DNA of 64,000 nt from Methanomassiliicoccales archaeon (GCA_029907465.1 JARYLV010000001.1:8544-72543), one strand, 5' to 3'; shown: positions 29,477-39,083, counted from the stretch's first letter. Numbers and translations: made by a program. The notes: generated by a model from the letters alone, not told the origin.

Positions 29477-30268
29477 ATGTGGGTGATTAAGAAATCTGGC
29501 GAAAGGGAGGAGTACGACGAGAACAAGGTCAGGCAGGCGCTCTTGCGTTCTGGGACGACCGATGCAGAAGCCAATGAGATACTTGAAAAACTGAAAGGTC
29601 AACTCTACAATGGCATCACAACTCATGAAATCTATCAGCACGTCAGACGGATGCTTGACCGCAGGAGAAAGATCAGATATGGCCTCAAAGATGCTATCTT
29701 TTCGCTCGGACCAGAAGGACATTTCTTTGAGAGCCTCATTGCGAGACTGTTTCAAGAAGCTGGATATGCTGTGAGGGTCAGAGAATGCATAAGGGGAAAA
29801 TGCATACCACACGAGGTTGACATTCTAGCTGAAAGAGGGAGCGAAAGGTATATTGTTGAATGTAAATTCCATAACCTATCGGGAACTAAATGTGCAATCC
29901 AGACTGCTCTTTATACATACGCGAGATTTTTAGACATTTCAGAGGTGATGCCTATTGTATTACCATGGCTTGTAACGAACACAAAATTTTCGAGCGAAGT
30001 CATTACCTACGCTAGCTGTATTGGGATGAAGTTACTGGGATGGCGGTTTCCTGAAGGAGAGGGTCTCGAATCACTTCTGGAACGTCACAAGCTCTACCCA
30101 ATTACCGTTCTTGAGATCAAGAAAGATGTCCGGAACTCTTTACTCGCCAATGGGATTATCACGATCAAAGAAATATTTACGAAAAAAGACCGCCTGTATG
30201 ACATCCTGCCAGAATTGAAAGCCAATGAGGTTCTTTACACTGCTCGAAGGGTTATGGAATGTTTGTAA
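29477..30268 (+). CDS. ATP-cone domain fused to a restriction-endonuclease-like (PD-(D/E)xK, Mrr-cat type) domain
   Basis: N-terminus MWVIKKSGEREEYDENKVRQALLRSG is ATP-cone-like. The core HEVDILAE...YIVECKFHN fits a D...ExK nuclease motif. ATG 29477 follows GAGGAAA. The ORF track starts at GTG 29468. Confidence 0.7.
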   Translation: MWVIKKSGEREEYDENKVRQALLRSGTTDAEANEILEKLKGQLYNGITTHEIYQHVRRMLDRRRKIRYGLKDAIFSLGPEGHFFESLIARLFQEAGYAVRVRECIRGKCIPHEVDILAERGSERYIVECKFHNLSGTKCAIQTALYTYARFLDISEVMPIVLPWLVTNTKFSSEVITYASCIGMKLLGWRFPEGEGLESLLERHKLYPITVLEIKKDVRNSLLANGIITIKEIFTKKDRLYDILPELKANEVLYTARRVMECL

Positions 30269-30375
30269 GGGAGGACGGTAGATCATCCCGAAAATGAATT
30301 TGTATTTAGATGGGTAAGAGATGGGGTGATGAATTATGCAGACATGCTATTTGACATGCAAGAAGTCGAATTCAA

Positions 30376-30816
30376 TCAACTCCTTGTGTAGTGTTCAGGA
30401 TCCTCCACGACACAGATCTCATTTCCATCTGGATCAGCAAAAATCGCCATGAGCCCTCCCCACTCCTGTCGCTGGGGCTTCATGATGAACCTTGTCCCTT
30501 CGTCGACGAGTCTTCTATGCAAATCATAAATACTATCAGTTTCGAGGACAACACCTGTTGGTCCGCCAGGTTGTCGCTTGTCGAACTCCGATGGCACATA
30601 CAGTGCAATCTTACCCATCGGTTCGGCAGGACCTAACTCAACCCAATTCTCACTGCGTCTGTCGAGCGCGATATCCAGTCCTAGCACTTCTGAATAGAAA
30701 AATAATGCACTTGAGAGGTCCCTAACGGGGATGCGCGTCATCCAGACCCGCGTTATCTTACCCTTATTCTGATAATCTGAGTCTCCACCCATTGGGTCCC
30801 CGAGCGGCATGTTCAT
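30376..30816 (-). CDS. VOC (glyoxalase/bleomycin-resistance/dioxygenase) family protein
   Basis: IPVRDLSSALFFYSEVLGL beta-alpha-beta-beta-beta module and a second module ending DPDGNEICV. The real start may be the internal ATG at 30741. Confidence 0.75.
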   Translation of the reverse strand: MNMPLGDPMGGDSDYQNKGKITRVWMTRIPVRDLSSALFFYSEVLGLDIALDRRSENWVELGPAEPMGKIALYVPSEFDKRQPGGPTGVVLETDSIYDLHRRLVDEGTRFIMKPQRQEWGGLMAIFADPDGNEICVVEDPEHYTRS

Positions 30817-31031
30817 TTAATCTTAGCTACCGATATATAACACTTGAGAAGTACGAGGGTTATTCTGTTCAGCCCGTATGTGGAATGATGGGTGATCAGA
30901 TTACATTCCATCTCATCTGGTCCCAGATATGAAAGAGACTCATCTTCCGCCTCGGCTCCTCGTCTACCTCGGCAAAGTTTACTATGGGATTTTACTATGA
31001 GATACATCACGAGTCTCAAGGATGTTGATTT

Positions 31032-32072
31032 ATGAAAGTCGTCGTTACAGGCGGAGCTGGTTTCATAGGATCTCACGCTTCTGAGTATTTCGCTATCAAA
31101 GGCCACGAAGTAGTTGCCTTCGATAATCTCAGCAGGGCAAGACTGCTGAGAAAGCGAAACCGTTTTGTGGATTATAACTGGAAGTATCTTTCATCCTTTG
31201 AAAATATCAAATTGATCGATGGAGACGTCAGAGTTGCGAAAGAAATCTCTGGTGTATGTGGTGATGCCGATCTTATTGTTCACACAGCAGCACAGACAGC
31301 TGTCACGACCTCCCTCCTCGATCCGAGGACAGATTTCAGAGTCAATCTCCTCGGTACCTTCAACGTTCTTGAGGCAGCGAGAAAGGCGAAATCAAATCCC
31401 ACCGTTATTTTCACATCGACAAACAAAGTGTATGGAAGTAATGTCAATATGCTGCCGATCATTGAGAAAGAGAAAAGATACGACTTTGCAGATGAAGGAA
31501 GATCAGGGGTCGATGAGACTCTCTCAATAGACGGATGCGAGCACACGCCCTATGGATGCTCAAAACTGGCTGCTGACATATACGTTCAGGACTATGCACA
31601 GACGTACGGAGTGCGAACTGCTGTCTTCAGGATGTCATGCATCTATGGAACCAGACAATTCGGCGTTGAAGACCAAGGCTGGGTGGCGTGGTTTATCATC
31701 GCTCATCTCACTGGTAGAAAAATCACGATATACGGCGATGGAAAACAGACGAGAGATATCCTCTTCGTGGAAGATTTGGTAAGAGCGTTTGATTACTTTA
31801 TGAACAGAGGTCCAAAGCACGGCGTTTACAACATAGGCGGGGGAAAGGAAAACACGGTCTCACTCATTGAGCTGATAGATCTAATTGAGAGAAGGAGCGG
31901 CAGACGATTTGATATGGTGTTCTCATCATGGAGACCTGGTGACCAGAAGGTCTACATTTCCGATATTTCGAAGGCGAGGAGTGAATTCGACTGGCAGCCG
32001 CTGATTGGCGTAAAAGAGGGCGTTAACAGAGTTTATGACTGGGTTGAATCCAACAAGCACCTATTTGTTTAG
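31032..32072 (+). CDS. NAD-dependent sugar-nucleotide epimerase/dehydratase (extended SDR, CDP-paratose-2-epimerase-like)
   Basis: VTGGAGFIGSH and the catalytic YGCSK motif. Confidence 0.85.
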   Translation: MKVVVTGGAGFIGSHASEYFAIKGHEVVAFDNLSRARLLRKRNRFVDYNWKYLSSFENIKLIDGDVRVAKEISGVCGDADLIVHTAAQTAVTTSLLDPRTDFRVNLLGTFNVLEAARKAKSNPTVIFTSTNKVYGSNVNMLPIIEKEKRYDFADEGRSGVDETLSIDGCEHTPYGCSKLAADIYVQDYAQTYGVRTAVFRMSCIYGTRQFGVEDQGWVAWFIIAHLTGRKITIYGDGKQTRDILFVEDLVRAFDYFMNRGPKHGVYNIGGGKENTVSLIELIDLIERRSGRRFDMVFSSWRPGDQKVYISDISKARSEFDWQPLIGVKEGVNRVYDWVESNKHLFV

Positions 32073-32147
32073 AGTGACAACCCTCTATGGATTTCAAAGC
32101 TCGGATGCAATACATTAATCTACAGAGAAGTACACTCTTACAATGAG

Positions 32148-32477
32148 ATGAAAATCTGTATTTCCTCAACAGGAGAGACCCTTGATTCCGAAGTCGATGA
32201 CGAATTCGGCATGTGCGAGTATTTCATTATCATCGACCCTGATACGATGGAATACAAGGCTTTACTTAACGAAGCTTCACACTCCTTAAGTGGAACAGGT
32301 GCTATGGCAGCTCAATTTGTTGTCGATCAAGGTGTCGACGTTGTTCTGACGGGATTTGTGGGCCCTCATGCTAAGCGTATTCTAAAGGAAGCTGGTATTG
32401 CGATCGTCGAGGGCGTCGATGGATCGGTGCGATCCGCAATTGAACGCTATCTGAAAGGGAAAATCTCGCGCCCATGA
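32148..32477 (+). CDS. NifB/NifX-family (dinitrogenase FeMo-cofactor-binding domain) small protein
   Basis: 109 aa. The pattern FGMCEYFIIID ... VDVVLTGFVGPHA ... GIAIVEG is typical of PF02579-like proteins common in methanogens. Confidence 0.75.
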   Translation: MKICISSTGETLDSEVDDEFGMCEYFIIIDPDTMEYKALLNEASHSLSGTGAMAAQFVVDQGVDVVLTGFVGPHAKRILKEAGIAIVEGVDGSVRSAIERYLKGKISRP

Positions 32478-32596
32478 TGACCACGGTGAATGCGCAGTGA
32501 CATTCAACAGAGAATCGCTTCAGAAGCGGGTGATGATCGGCGAATTGGCGCTATATTGGAATCATCCGCCATTTAAGAGGAGGATGAAATCGAATA

Positions 32597-33832
32597 ATGA
32601 TTGGTAAACAGAAGCAATACCTCGCTAAGGCGTTTGTATTACATATGGGAGCGAACGGCCTGGGAATTACAAGGAGTTTAGGAAGGGTAGGAGTTCCCGT
32701 CGTGGGAGTAGACTTCGAGAGGAACGCACCTGGTCTTTATTCTCGATTTTGCGAGCCATTGGTCATACCAAACCCATTGGGCAATCCAGAAAAGGCTCTC
32801 GATGTACTGATGGCAAGGGGCGAAGAACTTGAAACAAAGGGTGTGATCATGGCCGCCTCGGACATCTTTCTTCTCTTCCTTTCGCGCTATAGGAACGAAT
32901 TGTCGAAACACTTTTCATTTGTGATACCACGGGAGGAGATTGTCGAAGGCATCAACAATAAGAAAATTCAATATGAACTGGCAAAGCGTATCGGAATACC
33001 GATACCAAGAACCGTTTTTCCAGACAGCAACGGAAATCTAAAAGAAGAAGTGGAGGGCATGCAGTACCCCCTCTTCATCAAGCCCTGCATTTCGCATTTA
33101 TTCTCTCAGAAATTCGCAGGCAAGGGGTTTATCGCACAGACATTCGACGAACTCAGAATTTCCTGGCAAAAGATCAGAAATGCTGGAGTCGAGGCAATGA
33201 TCCAGGAGGTCGTACAAGGTCCGGAAACGAATCTGTTTGGGATGAGCGCTTATTTCAATAGGAACGGTCAGATGGTCGCAACATACCTCAACCGAAAAAT
33301 CAGACAGTACCCACCCGACTTCGGCGTCGCGAGTATTCACGAGAGCATGGTCAACCAGGAAGTCATGAGTATCGGGATCAAATACTTTCAAGGACTTGAC
33401 TATAGAGGAATGGGGGGCGTTGAGTTCAAATTTGATCAAAGGGATAGGCGCTATAAGCTCATTGAACTAAATCTAAGAACAGGAATGCAGAACATCAATA
33501 CTACCGCCTCCGGCATTAATTTTGCTTTGATTCGCTATCTAGATGCAATCGGGGAAGAACTTGAGAGCCCTCCAGAACAAGTCAATGGTGTTCGATGGGC
33601 GGATGCAATAGCGGATTTCAAGTCATTCCTCATCAGGAAAAAAAGAGGAGACACGGTATCGATCCTCGCATTTATGAAGGACTGGTTGACTGCCGATACC
33701 CATGCCTTCTATGCTATTAATGATCCGTTGCCCCTCATCGTCAGATCAGAGTTCGGAATTGCTGTGATGCATGAGATCGTTACCATGGGAAAGAGCGCTC
33801 ACCGTAAACATAACCCAACACTACAACATTGA
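32597..33832 (+). CDS. ATP-grasp domain enzyme (carboxylate-amine ligase-like, COG3919 type)
   Basis: The central YPLFIKP ... MIQEVV ... GGVEFKFD ... KLIELNLR pattern matches an ATP-grasp nucleotide-binding fold. Confidence 0.7.
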   Translation: MIGKQKQYLAKAFVLHMGANGLGITRSLGRVGVPVVGVDFERNAPGLYSRFCEPLVIPNPLGNPEKALDVLMARGEELETKGVIMAASDIFLLFLSRYRNELSKHFSFVIPREEIVEGINNKKIQYELAKRIGIPIPRTVFPDSNGNLKEEVEGMQYPLFIKPCISHLFSQKFAGKGFIAQTFDELRISWQKIRNAGVEAMIQEVVQGPETNLFGMSAYFNRNGQMVATYLNRKIRQYPPDFGVASIHESMVNQEVMSIGIKYFQGLDYRGMGGVEFKFDQRDRRYKLIELNLRTGMQNINTTASGINFALIRYLDAIGEELESPPEQVNGVRWADAIADFKSFLIRKKRGDTVSILAFMKDWLTADTHAFYAINDPLPLIVRSEFGIAVMHEIVTMGKSAHRKHNPTLQH

Positions 33833-33964
33833 GATCTGAATTTCATTGATGTTGAGATTGACCCGCGTTTTAGCTTAACAAAATGGCGTTGATGAGAAAA
33901 CTTTTTTAGGTACCTGTAAGGTGTATTCATTATCGTCAGACAATAGTCAGACGGAGGTGGACAG

Positions 33965-34624
33965 TTGACAACCGAGCTATGTTTGACGGCTGCTATCTCT
34001 GACGATAATTTCACAACCTTAAAAACGAAAGACTTGGCAAACGCGAAGAGAGAAAACGATGCTCACCGTCCACATGTGAAAATCTCAACCGTTCGCGACT
34101 ACCGCGATCGATATATTCTCTCAGTTCTCCAGAGAGAGGCGATACGGGAATGTCCTGGGTTTAGGGAGCTGAGAGAGGGGGAAATGGCGAAGATCATCTG
34201 GATAGAATCGGAAAAGGGATGGATTCCGGGCGGTTACTACATTTTCTCACGCCGGTGCACCAGGCAGATTCGGCATTCAGACAAACCAGTGGTGTACCCA
34301 ATGACGCTCCACCAGATTTTTGTAGTCCCAGCATTCCGCGGACTGGGACTTGGCACGATGATGTTGCGCGACTTCATCGCGAAGGGCAACAGGAGAACCG
34401 TTTGGGTTGAGAGTCCATTTGACGTGACAAAACACATCTTGACAAAGCTTGGTTTTGCGGAAACGAATAAACCGTACAAACTATGGCAGATGATGGAAGG
34501 ACTATCTAAATGGGAAAAAATCTCGAGCATGAAGACTAGGAAAACAACAACGGGGGAATCAAATGATATCGAGCGCCACCACTTCATCAGATCCAGAGAA
34601 GAATTCGTGATGGTGGGCACGTGA
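33965..34624 (+). CDS. GNAT-like N-acetyltransferase domain protein (weak)
   Basis: QIFVVPAFRGLGLGTMMLRDF fits GNAT motif A (Q/RxxGxG). TTG start, so the N-terminal extent is uncertain. Confidence 0.5.
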   Translation: MTTELCLTAAISDDNFTTLKTKDLANAKRENDAHRPHVKISTVRDYRDRYILSVLQREAIRECPGFRELREGEMAKIIWIESEKGWIPGGYYIFSRRCTRQIRHSDKPVVYPMTLHQIFVVPAFRGLGLGTMMLRDFIAKGNRRTVWVESPFDVTKHILTKLGFAETNKPYKLWQMMEGLSKWEKISSMKTRKTTTGESNDIERHHFIRSREEFVMVGT

Positions 34625-34806
34625 TGATGTTCGACCGTATAGTGAAAGTGTCCGTAATAAGTAATGTTCAACTGAAGTGTGAGGCAATTTATCAAGCGAT
34701 GCGTTCCAGTTTCGAAATTATATTATCGATGTCCCCTGCGTGAGAAGTGAAGGGATTGGCTCCTCGTCGATCTTTTTTAAGTCAAATTAATTGACCACCA
34801 CGTCTA

Positions 34807-35880
34807 TTAAAGGTCTTTAAAGAATCTGGATTTGATTGCGCGGTATAAGCCAACGGGGCCCGTCATCATGATATCACCTGCTGGCGTGGCATATCTAAAA
34901 TTCAATTCCGTGGCCTCCATGAGCCCTCTCCTCGGTCCAGTAACAAGGATCTGATCTGGCACGACAGCCCGCTGACTGATGCTAAAAAGGCCATGTCCCC
35001 CATCCCCAAAAACTCTTTCGTCAGTTAGCTTCCCAGCAATGAAATCTTCGAGATATTTCTTGAGGATAACGCTGTTTTCAAAGAGCTTCGTGTGAGCTTC
35101 AAACCCCCTAACAACTTTCCCGTGATTGAAGAGAACAGCGAGGGAGTGGCCGTTGCCGAAGTTGATCGCGAGTACTCGACCGTCCTCGCGGACACGCGGA
35201 TCTGCAAGGCATCCGAGTGCGGCCACGGGTGATGTATCCATCACGAATATCTTAGCATCCGGAGCTTCCTTTTTCGCCCTATCAGCCGCGGACCTCATCC
35301 GTATGAAATCGCCTGGGATCTGGTCAATCGGATACATGAGGGACTCAAGCCGTGGGTCGTTCGAAAGGAATTTTTTGAAGCGATCAATTCTCGTTATGCG
35401 ATTACTAATTCCCTTCGGAGAGATCCCATGATCCTGGACTGCAAGCGCGAGGAGACCGACTTCGTCTCGTTCCCCCAGTTTTCTCAGAAAGTTGAAGATT
35501 GGCCTCAAACGCACTTCCTGTAACCAGAGAGCACATCCATCAAAATTCAACGGCGGGAACTCGTGATCTGCGATGTCGATGCCAAGCTTTTGAACCTCTG
35601 ATAAATCATTTCTAATCGAAAAGGCCGCTTGTGGCGTCATGGCGACCTTTAGGCCAGCTGCAATATGCCGTTTGATGGCGCTTGCGAATGGGCCACCTCC
35701 AACTGTATCGCCAAAAATATAAAGTTCCTTTCGCGCCGTCGTGGCTCTTGCAACTGCACCCGCATATGTTTGTGCTGGAGAGGGCAAGACAAATTTAATG
35801 CAATTTTCTAAACTCTTTTCTGGGTCGATTAACATGACATCTGATGTACCGACCCCAATATCGATTGCTAGTAACTTCAT
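34807..35880 (-). CDS. ASKHA (actin/sugar-kinase-like ATPase) fold protein, DUF1786-like
   Basis: MKLLAIDIGVGTSDV phosphate-1 motif and a later VMDTSPVAALG block. It resembles my recollection of the DUF1786 family. ATG 35880 is preferred to GTG 35889. Confidence 0.6.
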   Translation of the reverse strand: MKLLAIDIGVGTSDVMLIDPEKSLENCIKFVLPSPAQTYAGAVARATTARKELYIFGDTVGGGPFASAIKRHIAAGLKVAMTPQAAFSIRNDLSEVQKLGIDIADHEFPPLNFDGCALWLQEVRLRPIFNFLRKLGERDEVGLLALAVQDHGISPKGISNRITRIDRFKKFLSNDPRLESLMYPIDQIPGDFIRMRSAADRAKKEAPDAKIFVMDTSPVAALGCLADPRVREDGRVLAINFGNGHSLAVLFNHGKVVRGFEAHTKLFENSVILKKYLEDFIAGKLTDERVFGDGGHGLFSISQRAVVPDQILVTGPRRGLMEATELNFRYATPAGDIMMTGPVGLYRAIKSRFFKDL

Positions 35881-35985
35881 CCGTCTCACTTTCCATGAAC
35901 TCCGCTGATTTATTATGAGATGTCGAGAAATGATATTTAATTTGAGGGGTTAGACTTGTTGGAGAGAGAATAACAAAAACCCTGA

Positions 35986-37155
35986 CTACTTTCGCTTTTT
36001 CGATAACTCGAGGTCCCGCAGTGGATTGGGGCCAATACTACGAATTGTTGAGATAAAGGAAGAGACTTCATGCTGAAATTCCTCCGGTTCATCAGCATCC
36101 ACAAAACCGAGCATTAACCTCATTTCATCGAAGCCAAGCTGAGAAAGAACGCGCCTGAGCAACGCAATTCTCCTCGTCGTTCTCAAATTACCTATTTCGT
36201 AGTGGCAGTGGCCGAGTTTTCCAGGTAAGACTAAGACGCCATCAATCCCCTTTGAAAATGCACTTAGGACCCATTCGGGGTCGATCCTTGCAGAGCACAT
36301 CGTTCTAATTGTGAGGAAATTCGGCGGGAGATTCAGTTTCTTAAGACCTGCCAAATCCGCAGCAGCGTACGAACACCAATTGCACGCAAAGACAAGGACA
36401 TTTGGGGATGAGAGATCCTGAATGATCCTCCCCGTCGTCGCTGCTTCGATCTGGGCTAGAATCTGCTTGTTCGAAAAGGAACTCTGGTCGAGCGCACCGC
36501 TCGGGCATGAAGCGACACACGCCCCGCAGCCGTCGCAGATATTCTCATCCACTCTTGCGATTTTTTTACCAGCCCGCTGCGGATCATTAATGATGCTGAT
36601 CGCCTTGATCCTACAGACCGACGCACAGATACCACAGCCGTCACAGATATCCTCATCGACGACCGCCCCGTAACCCTTTTCAGACCCCGACGCAGCCCTC
36701 AGCTTTGCTAAGGCCATGCTGATCATCGTCGTTGCTTTCTCCGTTGCCGCAGTGGGATCGTCCCAATGAATCCATGCGCATTGCTCTCGGATATTGGCCA
36801 TCTCAATAATGATACCGTTCCCGCCTCTCTGGGATAACTCTCCTTGAAAGAGGCGGAAGTATGTGCGAGGAGAACAGGCCCCAATGACGATCCGGTCTAG
36901 TGCATTTCGTTCAGCGTCTTTCCTGATAGCCCTTATCGATTGTTTTGAGCACAGATGATCAACGATTTCGACTTTCTTAACACATTTCAAGTGCCTGACG
37001 GCATCGGCAATTGTCTTAAGATCCAAGATTCCGCTTACACAACCATCGCAGCTGCAAAGATAAATGCCAATCTTCATATCGTTATCACGAGCCGACCGCT
37101 TGATGGGGCGAAAACTATCTTCGTAGATCATAGGATCGGCATTTCCATCCGTCAT
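35986..37155 (-). CDS. Fe-S protein: HdrA-type Cys-rich module + 2x[4Fe-4S] ferredoxin domain + MvhD domain
   Basis: IGIYLCSCDG...IGACSPR...NIREQCAWIH module, two CxxCxxCxxxC motifs (CDGCGICASVC, CDGCGACVASC), then MvhD-like VFACNWCSYAAADLAG...GHCHY. An alternative start is ATG 37077. Confidence 0.8.
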   Translation of the reverse strand: MTDGNADPMIYEDSFRPIKRSARDNDMKIGIYLCSCDGCVSGILDLKTIADAVRHLKCVKKVEIVDHLCSKQSIRAIRKDAERNALDRIVIGACSPRTYFRLFQGELSQRGGNGIIIEMANIREQCAWIHWDDPTAATEKATTMISMALAKLRAASGSEKGYGAVVDEDICDGCGICASVCRIKAISIINDPQRAGKKIARVDENICDGCGACVASCPSGALDQSSFSNKQILAQIEAATTGRIIQDLSSPNVLVFACNWCSYAAADLAGLKKLNLPPNFLTIRTMCSARIDPEWVLSAFSKGIDGVLVLPGKLGHCHYEIGNLRTTRRIALLRRVLSQLGFDEMRLMLGFVDADEPEEFQHEVSSFISTIRSIGPNPLRDLELSKKRK

Positions 37156-37705
37156 TGCATCATCCTTTCTGCTTTTTGAATACCTTCTATCCCGACATCC
37201 ATTGAACGATTCCTCATAAAGAAAACGCTTTGAACTTCGACACCCACAGCAGCACTAACTAACACACCACACATTTCTCTTCTGCTCCGACCACGCAATT
37301 TCTTTAGACATTATTCTCATGAATAAAAACTTTACATAACTAGTCATGAAATTATCGTACATTTCTTCGATTTTCAACTGTGGATCTACGATTGAAGATA
37401 GATTGTATGAAAATCCACCCGCCAACAAGGGCGTGAGCAATTGCAGACTTATTGGTATATAATCGACAGACCGTTTATTAGGTAACACAACGAGAAATTG
37501 TCATGGCAAAGAACGACATTTGACGATTCAATCTCTTCATTACGGATTTAATGCATTCTTTACCCGCTGAAGAGAGGAGAACAGCTTCTCATTTGACCGG
37601 ATTGGAAGTGATTTGCACTAAAACACTAGTATCCGAGTCCGACTTGTAATCCGCAACGATCGTAATATCCAGAGCGCATCTTCAACGAATATCTTCCGGT
37701 TTGAG

Positions 37706-37861
37706 CTATCCCCGTCTTTCATCTGGTGGACCGGGATTCACCCTATGGATCAAGTTTGCAGGGGATCCACAATTCGGGCAGGATGGGGGTTTTGGCAGAC
37801 CGAAAGGCACTTCGACTACGTGACCGCAATTTGCGCACCTGAACACCTTCGCTTTCATCAT
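37706..37861 (-). CDS. Small zinc-ribbon protein (51 aa), below the ORF-track length cutoff
   Basis: Reverse translation gives MMKAKVFRCANCGHVVEVPFGLPKPPSCPNCGSPANLIHRVNPGPPDERRG, with two CxxC knuckles. GGAGG lies about 10 nt upstream of the ATG. Confidence 0.55.
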   Translation of the reverse strand: MMKAKVFRCANCGHVVEVPFGLPKPPSCPNCGSPANLIHRVNPGPPDERRG

Positions 37862-38009
37862 ATCCCTGAACCTCCTTCAAGTCAGTGCGACTTCCATTCG
37901 CACAATGGTATGTGTTTTGCGAATAATTATTTGAAAATTACTAAAAAAGTATCGAGTTAGCTGAATAAATCGAGTGAACAATCAGAAATACATTATTGAA
38001 AGGTCGAAT

Positions 38010-39083
38010 TCACAAGATCAGTTGTGAGTTCTCGCCGATGATGAACCTACATCCCCTCGGAATCGAATTTTCCGATGAAGAGATCTTGCAGCCAGCACCG
38101 ATCAGACTGTCGACAATTTTCTTGCCACACTCGATAACCGCATCCCCGATGATAATGGACGACTCGATTTCACCATTGATAATCGTTGTGCGATCGCCAA
38201 TCGATGTGTATGGCCCTATGTATGTATTGGGTCCGATCACACAATTCTTCCCGATGATAACTGGTCCCCTTATCACCGTCCCACTCTTGATGATCGTTCC
38301 ATCACCGATGCTAACTCTGCCGATGATCTTGACATTCTCTTCGAGCAAGCCCTCATTTCTACTTTCTAGATCTTCGAGCACAAGATGGTTTGCTATCAAG
38401 ATGTCCTCGGGTCGTCCAGTGTCCTTCCACCAACCTTTTACAATCCGCGCCTTGACCTTACCCGTTCTTTTTTGCAACTGATCGATCGCATCCGTGATCT
38501 CAAGCTCGTTCCTCCAAGACGGTTTCAATTCCCTGATAATAGGGAAGATACTCTTTTTCAAGAAGTAGATCCCGATCATCGCGAGATTGCTCTTTGGGTT
38601 TTTTGGTTTCTCCACCAGACTGATGATATTGCCTTCGCTGTCGATTTCTGCTATCCCGAATTTTTCTGGGTATTCGACAGGACAGAGGGCGATTAAAGCC
38701 TCGCAATCGTCGCGGACAAATTCCTCGACCATGTATCTGATTCCGCCCTTGAGTATGTTATCACCGAGATACACGATGAATGGCTCGTCGCCCATGAACT
38801 CCTCTGCACAACCGACCGCATGCGCAATGCCCTTCGGTTCACCCTGCACAATGTATGTAATCTTAACCCCATATCTCGAGCCGTCCCCGAGCAGCTCCTT
38901 TACTTTTTCGGGCATGTTGTTACCGAGAATTACGCCTATGTCAGTTATGCCAGCGTCTCGCAGATCTTCAAGACAATACAGGATATTTGGCTTATTCGCA
39001 ATCGGAATGAGCTGCTTCGGTCCTGTGTGGGTCAACGGTCTAAGACGAGTTCCAGATCCACCCGCAAGTATCAGACCTTTCAC
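38010..39083 (-). CDS. rmlA: Glucose-1-phosphate thymidylyltransferase-like sugar nucleotidyltransferase, long form with C-terminal left-handed beta-helix
   Basis: MKGLILAGGSGTRLRPLT N-terminus and C-terminal hexapeptide repeats. The GTG start overlaps the rmlD stop (GTGA). Confidence 0.85.
   Translation of the reverse strand: MKGLILAGGSGTRLRPLTHTGPKQLIPIANKPNILYCLEDLRDAGITDIGVILGNNMPEKVKELLGDGSRYGVKITYIVQGEPKGIAHAVGCAEEFMGDEPFIVYLGDNILKGGIRYMVEEFVRDDCEALIALCPVEYPEKFGIAEIDSEGNIISLVEKPKNPKSNLAMIGIYFLKKSIFPIIRELKPSWRNELEITDAIDQLQKRTGKVKARIVKGWWKDTGRPEDILIANHLVLEDLESRNEGLLEENVKIIGRVSIGDGTIIKSGTVIRGPVIIGKNCVIGPNTYIGPYTSIGDRTTIINGEIESSIIIGDAVIECGKKIVDSLIGAGCKISSSENSIPRGCRFIIGENSQLIL

Noticed and set aside
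30813-31106. 97-aa minus-strand ORF overlapping the start of the epimerase gene.
   Set aside because: It overlaps the well-supported GGAGFIGSH N-terminus of the plus-strand gene and has no features of its own.
37255-37488. 77-aa GTG-initiated minus-strand ORF in the long AT-rich spacer.
   Set aside because: No RBS and no recognisable features, and open frames in AT-rich context arise by chance. It is kept only as part of the spacer finding.
37745-37960. 71-aa plus-strand ORF from the track.
   Set aside because: It has no RBS and no motifs. The opposite strand encodes a GGAGG-preceded zinc-ribbon ORF (37706-37861) that explains the open frame better.
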